A DNA stretch of 64,000 nt from an uncultured Verrucomicrobiae bacterium (GTDB lineage: Bacteria > Verrucomicrobiota > Verrucomicrobiia > Chthoniobacterales > Chthoniobacteraceae), in the NCBI GenBank assembly GCA_963828525.1, contig CAWHEP010000008.1, positions 32,001 to 96,000 of the forward strand, read 5' to 3'. Within the stretch, counting starts at the first letter, position 1, and every line of letters starts with the position of its first letter. Below are positions 46,077-56,285 of the stretch, in pieces. The translations under genes and the position numbers were made by a program. The notes below the pieces were generated by a model. It was not told the DNA's origin and did not search any database. It was given only the letters and a program-made list of their open reading frames with translations.

Positions 46077-47438
46077 TCAATTCGCCAGGCCACTCTCCTC
46101 GGACGGGGAAGCGCTTTCCCGGCTGGAGGTGAACATGCCCAAAGCCGCAACGCAGAGAGCGGAGTCGAAGACGGTGAATCCGAGCGTCGTCGGGCGTCCA
46201 AGCTGGCCGATTAGAACCAGCGGAAATGCAGCGCCGAAAAGGAGGATCGGCAATGGCTGTCCCCGGTAGGCCAGCCTCAATGACTGACGCCACATCCAAA
46301 AGACAAGCAGGAGCCGCCACAGGATATAAAGGGTGCCTAGAATAGGTCCGCTTTCCATGGTGTTCCTTTGCCACTCGCCTTCAGCTAGCAAATACATATC
46401 CTTGCCGGTGAGCAGGCGCGAACCCGCGTTGGTGCCCATTCCCAGGCCATAACCCTCGAGGGGTTCCTCCCACAGTTTTTCAGAAAAGGCGCTTGTAAAG
46501 AATGATGTGACGCGCCGAATCATGCCTTCGTTGCCCCCCTCAATCTGGCTGGCATCGTCCAGCCTCTCGCTGAAGGCCGCGAGACTTTGCTGAATGGAGT
46601 GTAATTGCGAAAGGAATCCGAACGCAAGAACGCCAAGGACGGCGACGGGAATGAAGCGCGGCACGAACCCGGGACGCAACGCGTTAAATACAAACAAGCA
46701 AACTAAAACAAGTCCCACGTAACCTAAGTTCAAGCGGCTGATCGAGGTCATCATCGCCATCCCCAATGCAAGACCAGAGGAGACCAGGAGGACTTTCGGA
46801 TAGGCCTTCCCGGCGAGTGTACCATATATGAGAAAAGCCGCGCAGAGGGCGGAAAACTCGGCCGGGCCAGTCGCAAAGGTAAAGATGCCAGGAGGCCTGA
46901 TCCTCCCGCTGCCACCCGCGATCTGCAAACCCTCCCCAGTAGCTGTCCTGTTGATCCATGCGTCCGGCGGCGCGAGGAATTGGTATATCATCAGCATCGA
47001 AACAGGGATCAGTATGATCAGGCACCATTTGCCAACATTCACGACGTCGCGCAGGGAGAAAAATTTGGGAATAAGGAAGATCATCGGCATGTGGAGAAAG
47101 TTCGTGCGAGCGCCGTAAAAGTTAACAAGAAGGGTGTTCTTCTCCGCGAGGAGGCCCGCAAGGAACGAGAACACCGCGAGAATCCCGCACGTAATTACAA
47201 ACGGGCTGGTGGGCAGCTTGCCAGAACGGTATGCCAGCCAGTAGATCAGGATAATGACGGGATCGCGGATAATCGCGATTGGCGCGGAAAGCTGAGGCAG
47301 CAGCCATTTTCGCACGGCCCCCTCAAATAAAATCATGAAAAAGTAGCTCCAGATGAGCCGGCGAATGGCCACGTCATAGTTCGGCAGGGGATCGACCCAA
47401 GCAGCCCTGCGTGGGAATGGTATCGTGCCGGTATTCAT
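46077..47438 (-). CDS. Putative polysaccharide polymerase (Wzy-like)
   Basis: About 11 TM helices, FEGAVRKW, RPPGIF, GYGLGMGTN, periplasmic loop. Sits in the middle of the GT operon. Confidence 0.7.
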   Translation of the reverse strand: MNTGTIPFPRRAAWVDPLPNYDVAIRRLIWSYFFMILFEGAVRKWLLPQLSAPIAIIRDPVIILIYWLAYRSGKLPTSPFVITCGILAVFSFLAGLLAEKNTLLVNFYGARTNFLHMPMIFLIPKFFSLRDVVNVGKWCLIILIPVSMLMIYQFLAPPDAWINRTATGEGLQIAGGSGRIRPPGIFTFATGPAEFSALCAAFLIYGTLAGKAYPKVLLVSSGLALGMAMMTSISRLNLGYVGLVLVCLFVFNALRPGFVPRFIPVAVLGVLAFGFLSQLHSIQQSLAAFSERLDDASQIEGGNEGMIRRVTSFFTSAFSEKLWEEPLEGYGLGMGTNAGSRLLTGKDMYLLAEGEWQRNTMESGPILGTLYILWRLLLVFWMWRQSLRLAYRGQPLPILLFGAAFPLVLIGQLGRPTTLGFTVFDSALCVAALGMFTSSRESASPSEESGLAN

Positions 47439-47463
47439 TTTCAGAGCGCTGGAGGAGCAGGTT

Positions 47464-48723
47464 CTACAAGCGGGGTATCTGAGTTCCAAGCGCCGACTGC
47501 ACGATGTGTACAATCTGTCGCCCGTAGCTCTCCCATGTCAACCCGGCCGCTTTCGCGCTTGCCGCCAGACCCATTGCTTCGACCGCGTCTTTGTGATCCG
47601 CGAACCACTCCATCTTCTCGGCAAGAACGCTCTCAGATCGGATGGGCACGACAAACCCGCTCTGCCCCTCATCCACGAGATCTCCGGCTCCCGTGTTCGG
47701 GGTTATGATGACCGGCAGCCCACACTTCATCGCTTCAAGAACCACGAGGGCTTGCCCTTCGAACAAAGAGGGCAGCACCAGAACATCACACGATTTCATC
47801 AATTCGAGAACCTGCGCATGGGGGCGCGGTGGCTCATATTCAAACAGGTGCTTGTATTTCAGAATGGATTCTGGCCGCGCAGGCATCCTGCCCATCACGA
47901 TTAACTCTACTTTGCGTCCGAGGCTCTTTTTCGCGCGCAAGAGGTAGCCAATGCCCTTGCGTTGAATCACCAGCCCCACAAACAAGAACCGGAGAGGGCG
48001 GTTCTTAATCGGCGCGTTGTACTCCTTGCCTTTAATGCCTGCCGGGCTGCCAAATTGGACAGTCTGGATCTTCCCTGCCTCCACTCCCCCTTCGACGAGC
48101 GTTTGATGCACAAAAGGGCTGCACGCGATGATCGTGGTGGCGAGGCTGGCTTCCTGTTCCTTGCGCTCCAGCTTCTCCATGGGCTCCGCCCCGCCATCAA
48201 GGCTGAGAGCGTCCGCGAACTCTGGACACAGATCGCTCTCCTCGGCGAAAATGCGCTGGGCGCTTTTGAAATAGCCGATGGGCAAATCGTATATACACCG
48301 CAGCCCCATCCGGCTGGCGCGGCGGAAGGATTGCAACGCGCCGTCCTCATAACAATAAACAGCGGATGGCGCGTCCCCCTTGATCCTGGAGGTCAGCAAG
48401 CGAGCGGTTGATCTGTCCAGATCCTGCCAGACGCGATCCATAGATGCCAATCGGGACAGGAGTCCACCCATCCTGCGATGGGAAAGCTTCACCGCAACGA
48501 GCCGAAGCGCCTCTGAGAGTGGCCGCTGCCTAATCTTTGCGGATGCGACAGGGTACGACCTCCGAGCCGCTTCTTCGCGCAACCGCGCTGGCAGAAAGGA
48601 CAGGCGTTCGACGCCAGTGGCGGCCAGGGTCGTAGAGAAAAACGAGAGCAAACCAGCGGAGTCCAGCGCGTGGAGCGCAGCTCGAACATTGGCATTCCCT
48701 GTTGGATGGCTAAGTACGACCAT
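47464..48723 (-). CDS. Glycosyltransferase family 4
   Basis: FVGLVIQRKG, LPSLFEGQALVVLEAMKCG. Confidence 0.92.
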   Translation of the reverse strand: MVVLSHPTGNANVRAALHALDSAGLLSFFSTTLAATGVERLSFLPARLREEAARRSYPVASAKIRQRPLSEALRLVAVKLSHRRMGGLLSRLASMDRVWQDLDRSTARLLTSRIKGDAPSAVYCYEDGALQSFRRASRMGLRCIYDLPIGYFKSAQRIFAEESDLCPEFADALSLDGGAEPMEKLERKEQEASLATTIIACSPFVHQTLVEGGVEAGKIQTVQFGSPAGIKGKEYNAPIKNRPLRFLFVGLVIQRKGIGYLLRAKKSLGRKVELIVMGRMPARPESILKYKHLFEYEPPRPHAQVLELMKSCDVLVLPSLFEGQALVVLEAMKCGLPVIITPNTGAGDLVDEGQSGFVVPIRSESVLAEKMEWFADHKDAVEAMGLAASAKAAGLTWESYGRQIVHIVQSALGTQIPRL

Positions 48724-49819
48724 GCGGATCAGACACGGAAGGGCCTCGAGAGCTGAACGCTTCCACAAGGGAGACGACCTCATCCGACACGGCCTCCCAC
48801 GTTCTGCCGCAAACGGCGTCGCGCGCCGCCAACCCAAGCTCGAGCCGGACTTTTTCATCACCCAAAACTCGGCCCAGCGCCTCCGCCAGGCCGTTTGCGT
48901 CTCCCGGCGCGAAGAGGAGCCCGGTCTTGCCATGCGCAATCAGGTCCTTCTGGCCACAACAGTCCGTCACCACGCAACAGCAGCCCGCTGCCATGGCTTG
49001 TAGTAGCGCGAGCGGCTGGCCTTCGAAGAGACTGGGCAAAACGAAAATATTTGCGCCGCGCAAAATAGTAGATTCCTGCTCGCGTTTGAACGCCGGTATT
49101 ACTTTGACGAACTGCCTTAGCCCCGGCGGCCAGTCCCTTAAGACTGCTTCCTCGGAAAAGCCGGTGCCGGCAAGCACCCACTGGGTCCGGAAGCCTCTCT
49201 CAAACAATTGGGCTGCGGCGTTCACCAGGTTATGGCAGCCCTTGCGCCTGATCCATGTGCCCATGAAGAGGATCGCAGCAGGCGCTCCGCGCTCCGGAAT
49301 CGGGCCCGGAGGATGGACTCCGTTCCTAAAAACAACAACATCCTCTCTCCTCCGCCCATAGCGTTGCACGGCATAGAGCTTGTCTTCTTCATTTGAGACG
49401 AGCAATCCGAGGGCGCCTCGCAAGCCAGACTCCGAAGGCCGGATCCGCCAGAGTGGGAATAAGACGCGTGACTTCAGCTTGATCTGTTCATCGGGCGATT
49501 GATTCGCGAGGGCGATGTCCCATCCTCGGCGTTCCATCCCGTGGCTGAATACAACGGTCGCCGGAAAACCCCGCGCGAACGGAGCAGACGCGGGTTCATG
49601 AACCAGGCACACAGCGGCGTCCTTCAGCAAAGACTCGCACCTTCGAAATGCCGCACTGCCGAAAAGAGCCTTGTGAGGCAACCGGCCAACGTCGCTCGGG
49701 CTCACGTGAACGAACTCGTAGCCGCGGGACTGAAAGGCTCTCCTCCAGTGAAACGCAATCCGCCCCATGCCCGTCTCTTCGGTGATGGCAACCTCAGATA
49801 CATGAATGACCCGCTTCAT
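48710..49819 (-). CDS. Glycosyltransferase family 4
   Basis: FMGTWIRRKG, LPSLFEGQPLALLQAMAAG. Confidence 0.9.
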   Translation of the reverse strand: MKRVIHVSEVAITEETGMGRIAFHWRRAFQSRGYEFVHVSPSDVGRLPHKALFGSAAFRRCESLLKDAAVCLVHEPASAPFARGFPATVVFSHGMERRGWDIALANQSPDEQIKLKSRVLFPLWRIRPSESGLRGALGLLVSNEEDKLYAVQRYGRRREDVVVFRNGVHPPGPIPERGAPAAILFMGTWIRRKGCHNLVNAAAQLFERGFRTQWVLAGTGFSEEAVLRDWPPGLRQFVKVIPAFKREQESTILRGANIFVLPSLFEGQPLALLQAMAAGCCCVVTDCCGQKDLIAHGKTGLLFAPGDANGLAEALGRVLGDEKVRLELGLAARDAVCGRTWEAVSDEVVSLVEAFSSRGPSVSDPHGRT

Positions 49820-50913
49820 GCCCTTCTGCGAATCAACGCTGCCAGATGACGGAACCGCCGGAAACCGAAGCGCAGCAAAAGGATCGCGGCATACATAGCA
49901 ATGAACAGACGTGAACATCCCCCGTGAGTAAGGCGCACCTCTTTTAGAACCTCCGGCACCCGCCATTGCGAGGCGAGGTACCACACGTGAAAATGCCGGA
50001 TCTTACGCGCGTCCCAAGAGCGCGCTGGAGCGGCTTTCTCCCATCTCTCCTTTGAAATGAAATCCAGCATCGAATCGACACGCGCGTCGTACGTATGCTT
50101 CTCAAGCACGAGCGCGCGACCGGCGGCTGATATCCGCTCGCGGGCATCGGCGTTCCGCTCGTAATGATCCACCAGCCCATCGATCTCTTCTTCCCTGCTG
50201 TACGTTGCAAAGTGTTCGCCAGCCGAGAAACCGAGGCTGGTTAACTCGGTAGGATGCCTGGTCAAAAGGAGCGCGCCAGCAGCCATTGCTTCGAAACATC
50301 GCAAGTTCGCATCCCTGGGGTAATCACTCCTTGGAAAGTTCACTACAATTTTGGACTGGCTGTAAACAAGCGCCATCTCTTCCGGGGAATAGTGGCGGTC
50401 GATGTCGTTAAGAACGAATTTCTTCTGGAGGTTGAGCAAGCGCTCGCGCCGGCTCGCGTGCTCTTTCAGTACGAGAGAACCCACCCACCCTACGTCATAG
50501 AGCTTTTCAGGAATTGGCTTCAAGAACAGAGCCGCGTCCACGGCGTGCGCCAGAAACCCGGCGCGCGGGATACCATGTTCCTTGAACTGGGATTCAAATC
50601 CGGGATGGAAGACAAAGTTGTAATCAAACAACTCTGCGATCCGAATCCTGTGCGCAAGCCCATCGAAGGTGTCAATATGCATGCAGCATGTGACGGCGCG
50701 GGCGCGTTCCACTCCATTTGGGAGAGCATAGTAGCCATCATGAATCGCGAGGGCAGCCTCGCTGGACGAAATGTCACATTCAGAGGGAGCGCGGTCTAAC
50801 GACATCGCAACGCACCGCTTTGCAAAAGCATTGTAGTAACCAAGTCTCTCGCGGGTCAGAGAAGCTTTGTCACAAAGGAACAAAACTCCGCCACGCAAAT
50901 CAGGGCTTGGCAT
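49816..50913 (-). CDS. CgeB-like GT-B glycosyltransferase
   Basis: YDVGWVGS, NLRCFEAMAAGALLLT, HTYDARV. Confidence 0.85.
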   Translation of the reverse strand: MPSPDLRGGVLFLCDKASLTRERLGYYNAFAKRCVAMSLDRAPSECDISSSEAALAIHDGYYALPNGVERARAVTCCMHIDTFDGLAHRIRIAELFDYNFVFHPGFESQFKEHGIPRAGFLAHAVDAALFLKPIPEKLYDVGWVGSLVLKEHASRRERLLNLQKKFVLNDIDRHYSPEEMALVYSQSKIVVNFPRSDYPRDANLRCFEAMAAGALLLTRHPTELTSLGFSAGEHFATYSREEEIDGLVDHYERNADARERISAAGRALVLEKHTYDARVDSMLDFISKERWEKAAPARSWDARKIRHFHVWYLASQWRVPEVLKEVRLTHGGCSRLFIAMYAAILLLRFGFRRFRHLAALIRRRA

Positions 50914-51772
50914 GCCCGCGCGGCCTCCCCAGCTTCAGGATCTCGTAGATTACCAAACCCTGCCCAACAGTAAGCATCGCGAGCGCCTTCACCAGGCTGC
51001 GCGCCCGCCCCCCCAGCAATGAGCGCAGGCTGTTGTGCAGCCAGAAGTATGTGCCACTTTTCAGTTCGCTCGCGATCAACGAGGCGCATCCAACGAGCTT
51101 GCGATGCTTATATTTGTAGTAAGCCCAATCCCTGGCAACAACGGGAATCTGTAGAAGAGCGCGCATCAAAGGAACGATGACGACAGGATGGGACACCTTC
51201 GCGGCTGGCACGAAAAGGATCGCTGTTTGGGTTTTTATCCTCAGTTCGATGTCCTGATCTTCGTTGTAGCGCGCGAAATTCTCGTCAAATCCACCGACTT
51301 GCTGGAAGAGCGATTTTCTCAAAGCAACATTGGCTGTCCAGAATCTGCCCCCTTCGAGGTTTACAGGACAGTGCGCCATATCCTGAGAGAGCGCGCCAAC
51401 AGGGTGAATAGCCCCTTCCATCGCCAGCGCTCCGCGTGACATTCCCTCTCGCAAAGCATAGAGCCAGCCGGGATCCGGGATACAATCGTCGTCTGTAAAC
51501 GCAAGCCACTCGCCCCGCGCCGTTCGAGCGCCACTGTTGCGATTTGCAGCCGGGCCCTTGCCTGGACCTCGCACCCACTTTGCCCACGAGAATTTTTCCT
51601 CAACCAACTCCCGGGCAGTTTTCGCCCCTTTGGCATCGTCTGCGACGATGACTTCATACTCCGACGCGGGAACGGTTTGGACGCCGGGAGCAAGGCAGCG
51701 CAGACATTCAGCGAGCGAGCCAAGCCGCGCACAAGTAGGCACGACTACGGAAACGAGGATGCTCTCACTCAT
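50900..51772 (-). CDS. Glycosyltransferase family 2
   Basis: VSVVVPT, GPAANRN, FTDDDC, GGFDENF, EDQD. Confidence 0.92.
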   Translation of the reverse strand: MSESILVSVVVPTCARLGSLAECLRCLAPGVQTVPASEYEVIVADDAKGAKTARELVEEKFSWAKWVRGPGKGPAANRNSGARTARGEWLAFTDDDCIPDPGWLYALREGMSRGALAMEGAIHPVGALSQDMAHCPVNLEGGRFWTANVALRKSLFQQVGGFDENFARYNEDQDIELRIKTQTAILFVPAAKVSHPVVIVPLMRALLQIPVVARDWAYYKYKHRKLVGCASLIASELKSGTYFWLHNSLRSLLGGRARSLVKALAMLTVGQGLVIYEILKLGRPRGHAKP

Positions 51773-52656
51773 TTAAAAGCGGATCGGAACGCTCTCGCGC
51801 CACGGGCAACACGATTTCGGAGAGACCGGCGTTCCCGTTCATCCTTCCGGGCTGCTGTGGCCGCGGAGGCATCAAATTCCTGGCGCTCATCGGCGCTGAG
51901 ATATTGATAGAACAGCTCATTGATCGGACGGGCTTTGTTCATCTGGATCCCCGCCCAATGAATGAGATACGGGGCGCGCGCGGGCGGATCCCAGAGCTCG
52001 GTGAAACTGTTGGGGTAATCTCCAGCCCAGGTCGATTCCATTTCTGAAGGAGGCAGGTTGAGATTGACGATTGGCACTTCAGACGAATTTACCAACAGGT
52101 TAAGCCCGGTCTGGTCGTTCACAAGGAAGGGATTCGTTGGATGCCTAAAACAAGCAGCCGCGAAGGCGGGACTGCATACCCGGTCTTTAAGTTCTGCCAC
52201 ACTAAAAAGCGCGCGGTCGCATGCGAACTGACCCGCGTTAAAGACGTGTCGCTGCCATAGCGTGCTGCGAGCCATGAAGAAAGGCAGAGAGGATTCATTG
52301 ACGGCGTTGTAGGGATCCCGCCATTGCCCACACGAAGCTACAAAGCCTTGCAGAGGCGCAAGGACCTCCACAGGGTTGCGCAAAAAGATGACATCCGTGT
52401 CCACAAAGTGGTAGTTACCGATTGTAAGACATTGATACTTTGCCATCATCGGGTGGCACCCTTCTGTTAGAAGCCATTCCAGCAAATCCGGCATCCCCCA
52501 CCACTGGGCGTTCGGCGGCAAGTCAAACAGCTCTTTGTTATAGGGGATCACCAAAAGGGGCAGCTCGCACCCGCAGGCGCGTAAGGATCTCTCCATCGCG
52601 AGGAATCGAATGCGACTCGTCGCATTCGCAAGGGTAACGATGGATTTCAGCTCCAC
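51769..52656 (-). CDS. Putative GT-A fold glycosyltransferase
   Basis: FVDTDVIF, FNAGQF, NDQTGLN, IHWAG (GT8-like motif order). GTG start inferred at 52656. Confidence 0.7.
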   Translation of the reverse strand: MELKSIVTLANATSRIRFLAMERSLRACGCELPLLVIPYNKELFDLPPNAQWWGMPDLLEWLLTEGCHPMMAKYQCLTIGNYHFVDTDVIFLRNPVEVLAPLQGFVASCGQWRDPYNAVNESSLPFFMARSTLWQRHVFNAGQFACDRALFSVAELKDRVCSPAFAAACFRHPTNPFLVNDQTGLNLLVNSSEVPIVNLNLPPSEMESTWAGDYPNSFTELWDPPARAPYLIHWAGIQMNKARPINELFYQYLSADERQEFDASAATAARKDERERRSLRNRVARGARAFRSAFK

Positions 52657-53538
52657 GTGTTTAGAAGAAACGGCAAGCCTTTCGAGTAGAAAAGGTGGCG
52701 CACCGGGCCCGTGAAATGTCGCAGGCAAATCGACGCATAATCAAGATCCCGCTCAAACCAGAATTGACGGGCCACGGACACGACGTACTCTTTCGCGAGG
52801 CAGCGCCTTGCTTCCGGCCATTTCCATGAGCACGGAAAGGATCATCGTGTCGGGAAACCAGCTCGTGATTTTACCAGAAAAGGAGAGGATGCTCTCGGCT
52901 GTCGGGAGGGACAGCGACCCCAGACGGATTAGGAGAAGTCCAACATTGATCGTTCGCGCGAAAGGAAGTCCGAGCTTTTCCACCGCTTCAAACAGGTGTC
53001 CTTCGGTAGCGACGTTCCCAATCTCTTGGAGATAGAGATTGCTGGGTATCCCGGATCGCATCGCCTCCGAGACTTCGGTCAGCGGATTAAACGCAAGCAC
53101 ATCGTTATCCGCGAAAAGGATATTGCTTCGTTGTTGGAGTGAGAGAATCGTCGCCAACTTGCGCCCCATGGGGTGGTAGGCGCTGAGGGCAAAGATGGAC
53201 GGGCTGCTTTCGCGGATGCTTAAAACGAACTGGGCTGTTTCCATGATCTCGCATCCCGGGAACGAAAGAGACAGTTGAGACTGAACGGCCTCGCCAATCC
53301 GACCATCGACAGCGAAAATGAGCCCTGTCCTAATATCGAGCTGACCAGCCATGCTGCGGGCAGTCCAGGCCGCTTCACAGATGCCTTTGGGTGTGGTCAG
53401 CACCACTATGCAAGTGGAGGACTCCTTGCGAAACTCAACTGGTTGAAGCCGAAACACTTTTCGCCTTATTGGGTAAGGCCGGTGTCTTTCCCACCACCAC
53501 AACGGGCGCGTAAGAACCTTCCGGACGATCTGCCTCAT
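52647..53538 (-). CDS. Putative GT-A fold glycosyltransferase (apparent frameshift near 52790)
   Basis: FADNDVLAF, INVGL. After a shift in GAAA the frame continues EYVVSVARQFW...RHFTGPVRHLF...WS* to 52647, overlapping the next start. Confidence 0.68.
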
Positions 53539-54575
53539 TTGTTCGTCGAGGCAGGCTTGAAACTTTGGAGGGCTTTACAGAACGGCACGCCAAGGAAGGT
53601 CGCGAAATACCTGAAGATAAGAGGCAGCGGTATCGAGCGCTTGCCCGCCATGTCCCGGACCTTTCGGACATGCTCCCGGAACCTGCGAAAGCGGAAGTGA
53701 CTGAAGTCGTTACTGCATTCGCGACGCAATGCTCCGAGCAGAAGTTCCCTGGCATTCGCATCTGCCTTTCCTGAAAGATATACACGCGCGAAAATATCAA
53801 AGGCCTCGTTTTGAGCAATATCGACCTGCGTTGAAGACTTTGCGGCGCTATGCTGTCTGAACCCCGCGCACAGCCCCGGAACGTACTTGAACTTGAAGCC
53901 ATCGAGGAAAAGGCGCCAGAACAGATCGTAGTCCATATAATGAGCGAGCCCCTCATCCAGAAAGTATCCAAGATCGAATAGCCGCTTTTTGAAGAACATC
54001 GACTCATTGTTGACGCAGGGCCATGGGATCATCGCCGCGAATGTTGGTTCCACGTTGGTTCGCTTGAACAAGAATTTACCTTCTGAATCAACATAGTCTT
54101 TATCGCCAAAATATACATCAAACTCCGGACACGAGAGAGCTTCGGTTGCCGCGGAGACGAAGGAGGAAGGATAGTAATAGTCGTCAGAATTTTGCCAGCC
54201 TACTAACTCACCCTTGGCAATGCGAAGCCCCTTGTTCACTGCTGCCGACTGTGACCCATCCGGTTCGCTCCGCCAGTGTGAGATCCATCTTTCGTATTTC
54301 TTGATTACATCGATGGAGTCGTCTGTGCTTGCCCCATCGAATATGATGTACTCAACGTCAGGGTAACCTTGCAGGAGCACTGACCGAATCGTTTCCTCAA
54401 GATATTGACCCTGGTTAAATGACGGCGTGACAATGGTGATCGACGGCCAGCGCGCATGCCCACGCGGCGGTGATCCCGCAATTTCGCTGCCGACTGTCCA
54501 CGGCCATCCCGACCGCCCGGCGGGGGGCGCCGGGAGATCGGTTACGGTCACAGGCCATGGTGACGCCGCGTTCAC
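53535..54575 (-). CDS. Glycosyltransferase family 2
   Basis: ITIVTPSFNQGQYLEETIRSVL, DGASTD, NSDD, MDYDL. Confidence 0.92.
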   Translation of the reverse strand: MNAASPWPVTVTDLPAPPAGRSGWPWTVGSEIAGSPPRGHARWPSITIVTPSFNQGQYLEETIRSVLLQGYPDVEYIIFDGASTDDSIDVIKKYERWISHWRSEPDGSQSAAVNKGLRIAKGELVGWQNSDDYYYPSSFVSAATEALSCPEFDVYFGDKDYVDSEGKFLFKRTNVEPTFAAMIPWPCVNNESMFFKKRLFDLGYFLDEGLAHYMDYDLFWRLFLDGFKFKYVPGLCAGFRQHSAAKSSTQVDIAQNEAFDIFARVYLSGKADANARELLLGALRRECSNDFSHFRFRRFREHVRKVRDMAGKRSIPLPLIFRYFATFLGVPFCKALQSFKPASTNK

Positions 54576-55489
54576 CCTTTTTTTATGAACCGATAGGCCT
54601 CGGCCTCCGCGCGCTTTTGTCCGCGAGTGGCTGCAAAGAAAAATCGCCGACCTCGCGGGTCGAGCGACCAAACATGTTTGATGTGCTTCAACCTGGATGT
54701 GAGGGAATGCCGCGGCTTGATCACCTGACCGGCGCGAAGGGCGGCAAGGATGCCGTGTGAGTAGTTAATCCCTTCAACTAACGCGAGAAGGTAACGCTCC
54801 GTCAGGCGGCATTGCGGAATCAGATGCGTAAGGCGGAGATCAGCGAGACAAGCAGTTCCCAACCCCACGTCCCAGGAGCATCCCGCCAGATCGGAATCTC
54901 CTGCTGAACTCAGCGTCGCTCCCTTGCGGTCCAGATCGCCCCGTGCCGGATCGGCTTCTACTTTATGGTGGTAAGCGCTCGCAACCGCCCGCCGGACGCA
55001 CATCCCGGCCCCGCAAGGCATTGCCGCCTCATCCCAAGGCTTCGAGGAGATACAATCCGCCGTTACTGGTCGTATGGCTAGCAGGTTCCAGTACGACTGA
55101 GTCCACGCTTCGGGGGGCACTTCGAATCGCGGCGTAATACAGCCAGACCAAGCTCCGATTCCGGGCATGTCACGCGAGATGCGCGAAGCAACGGCAAGAT
55201 AGTCCTCGCTGAGCAGATTGTCGTCATCGACAAAAACCAAAAGATCACCTTCCGACTCCTGGATCCCGCGGAGCCTTGCGGGCGTGAGGCCCAGTCGATC
55301 TTCACGAATATGTCGACCTTGCGGGTGCCACGCCAGGTCGACCATAGTTGATACTCTCGTGTCGCTTGCGTTATCGAGGAGCAGAAGTTCCCAATCGACC
55401 AGAGGAGCAGACTGCCGCCTCAAGGCCGTGATTACCGCGTCCAGATACTCGCGGCGGGGGTTGTGTGTGCAGAGGATTACGGAAATCAT
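54572..55489 (-). CDS. Glycosyltransferase family 2
   Basis: ISVILCTHNP, DNAS, FVDDDN, PCGAGM. Confidence 0.92.
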   Translation of the reverse strand: MISVILCTHNPRREYLDAVITALRRQSAPLVDWELLLLDNASDTRVSTMVDLAWHPQGRHIREDRLGLTPARLRGIQESEGDLLVFVDDDNLLSEDYLAVASRISRDMPGIGAWSGCITPRFEVPPEAWTQSYWNLLAIRPVTADCISSKPWDEAAMPCGAGMCVRRAVASAYHHKVEADPARGDLDRKGATLSSAGDSDLAGCSWDVGLGTACLADLRLTHLIPQCRLTERYLLALVEGINYSHGILAALRAGQVIKPRHSLTSRLKHIKHVWSLDPRGRRFFFAATRGQKRAEAEAYRFIKKG

Positions 55490-55511
55490 GAGCGAGCCGC
55501 GAGAGATTCCG

Positions 55512-56285
55512 TCACGCCCAGCGCTGACTGGCCCGCAGGGGGCTCTGCTTATTTACAAAGCAGATATCCATCTGACCGAGCGCGCCATCCAGAGGCCGCC
55601 GGAGGAAACCGGCAAAATCATAGATGAAAAAATCGCAATCGGCCATGAACGCGATTATTTCATGAGCGAGAGGTTGACCGTTCTCGAACCGATAAAGGGA
55701 CGTTTCTGCAATCACCACCTCGCAACTAGCCAGTATTTCCCGAGCGCCTTTCAAGACCTCCATTTCGAATCCCTGCACATCCATCTTTATGAGCTGAGGC
55801 AGCGTCAATGCCCCAGAAGAAGCCAGCGAATCCAGAGTGACAACCGGAACACGCCGCTGCCCTCTGCCGCCAATGGAATCCTCTCCGCCAGCGACAGGGA
55901 GGAAAGAGGATCCGACCATGTCCTGCCAGATTGTGAGTGTCAGTTCCCCGGGCGCTGATCCAGCGCCCGCAAGCAGAGACTTGCTGCCAGGGTGGGAAGC
56001 GCAGAACGCCTGAAGATCCGCCTCCATTTCGACCTGCGGCTCGATAAGAAAAAACGTCGCGCCCGGGAAGGATTTGGAAGCCAGAGCGCTCCACTCGCCC
56101 CTGTTCGCGCCAACATCAATCACGGAAGAAGGGCAAAAGCGGCGAAAACTCAGATCCTCCAAGAGAGCATTCATCTGGCCCGTTTCCCGCATCGGGGAGC
56201 CCGGTGGAGGCGAACGCCGTGATCTTACAAGGTCGTACCCGAATCGCTCGAGAAGGATCTTCATCTGCCTTTTCACCACACTCAT
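55512..56285 (-). CDS. FkbM family methyltransferase
   Basis: IDVGANRG, IEPQ, KMDVQGFEMEVLKG. Confidence 0.92.
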   Translation of the reverse strand: MSVVKRQMKILLERFGYDLVRSRRSPPPGSPMRETGQMNALLEDLSFRRFCPSSVIDVGANRGEWSALASKSFPGATFFLIEPQVEMEADLQAFCASHPGSKSLLAGAGSAPGELTLTIWQDMVGSSFLPVAGGEDSIGGRGQRRVPVVTLDSLASSGALTLPQLIKMDVQGFEMEVLKGAREILASCEVVIAETSLYRFENGQPLAHEIIAFMADCDFFIYDFAGFLRRPLDGALGQMDICFVNKQSPLRASQRWA

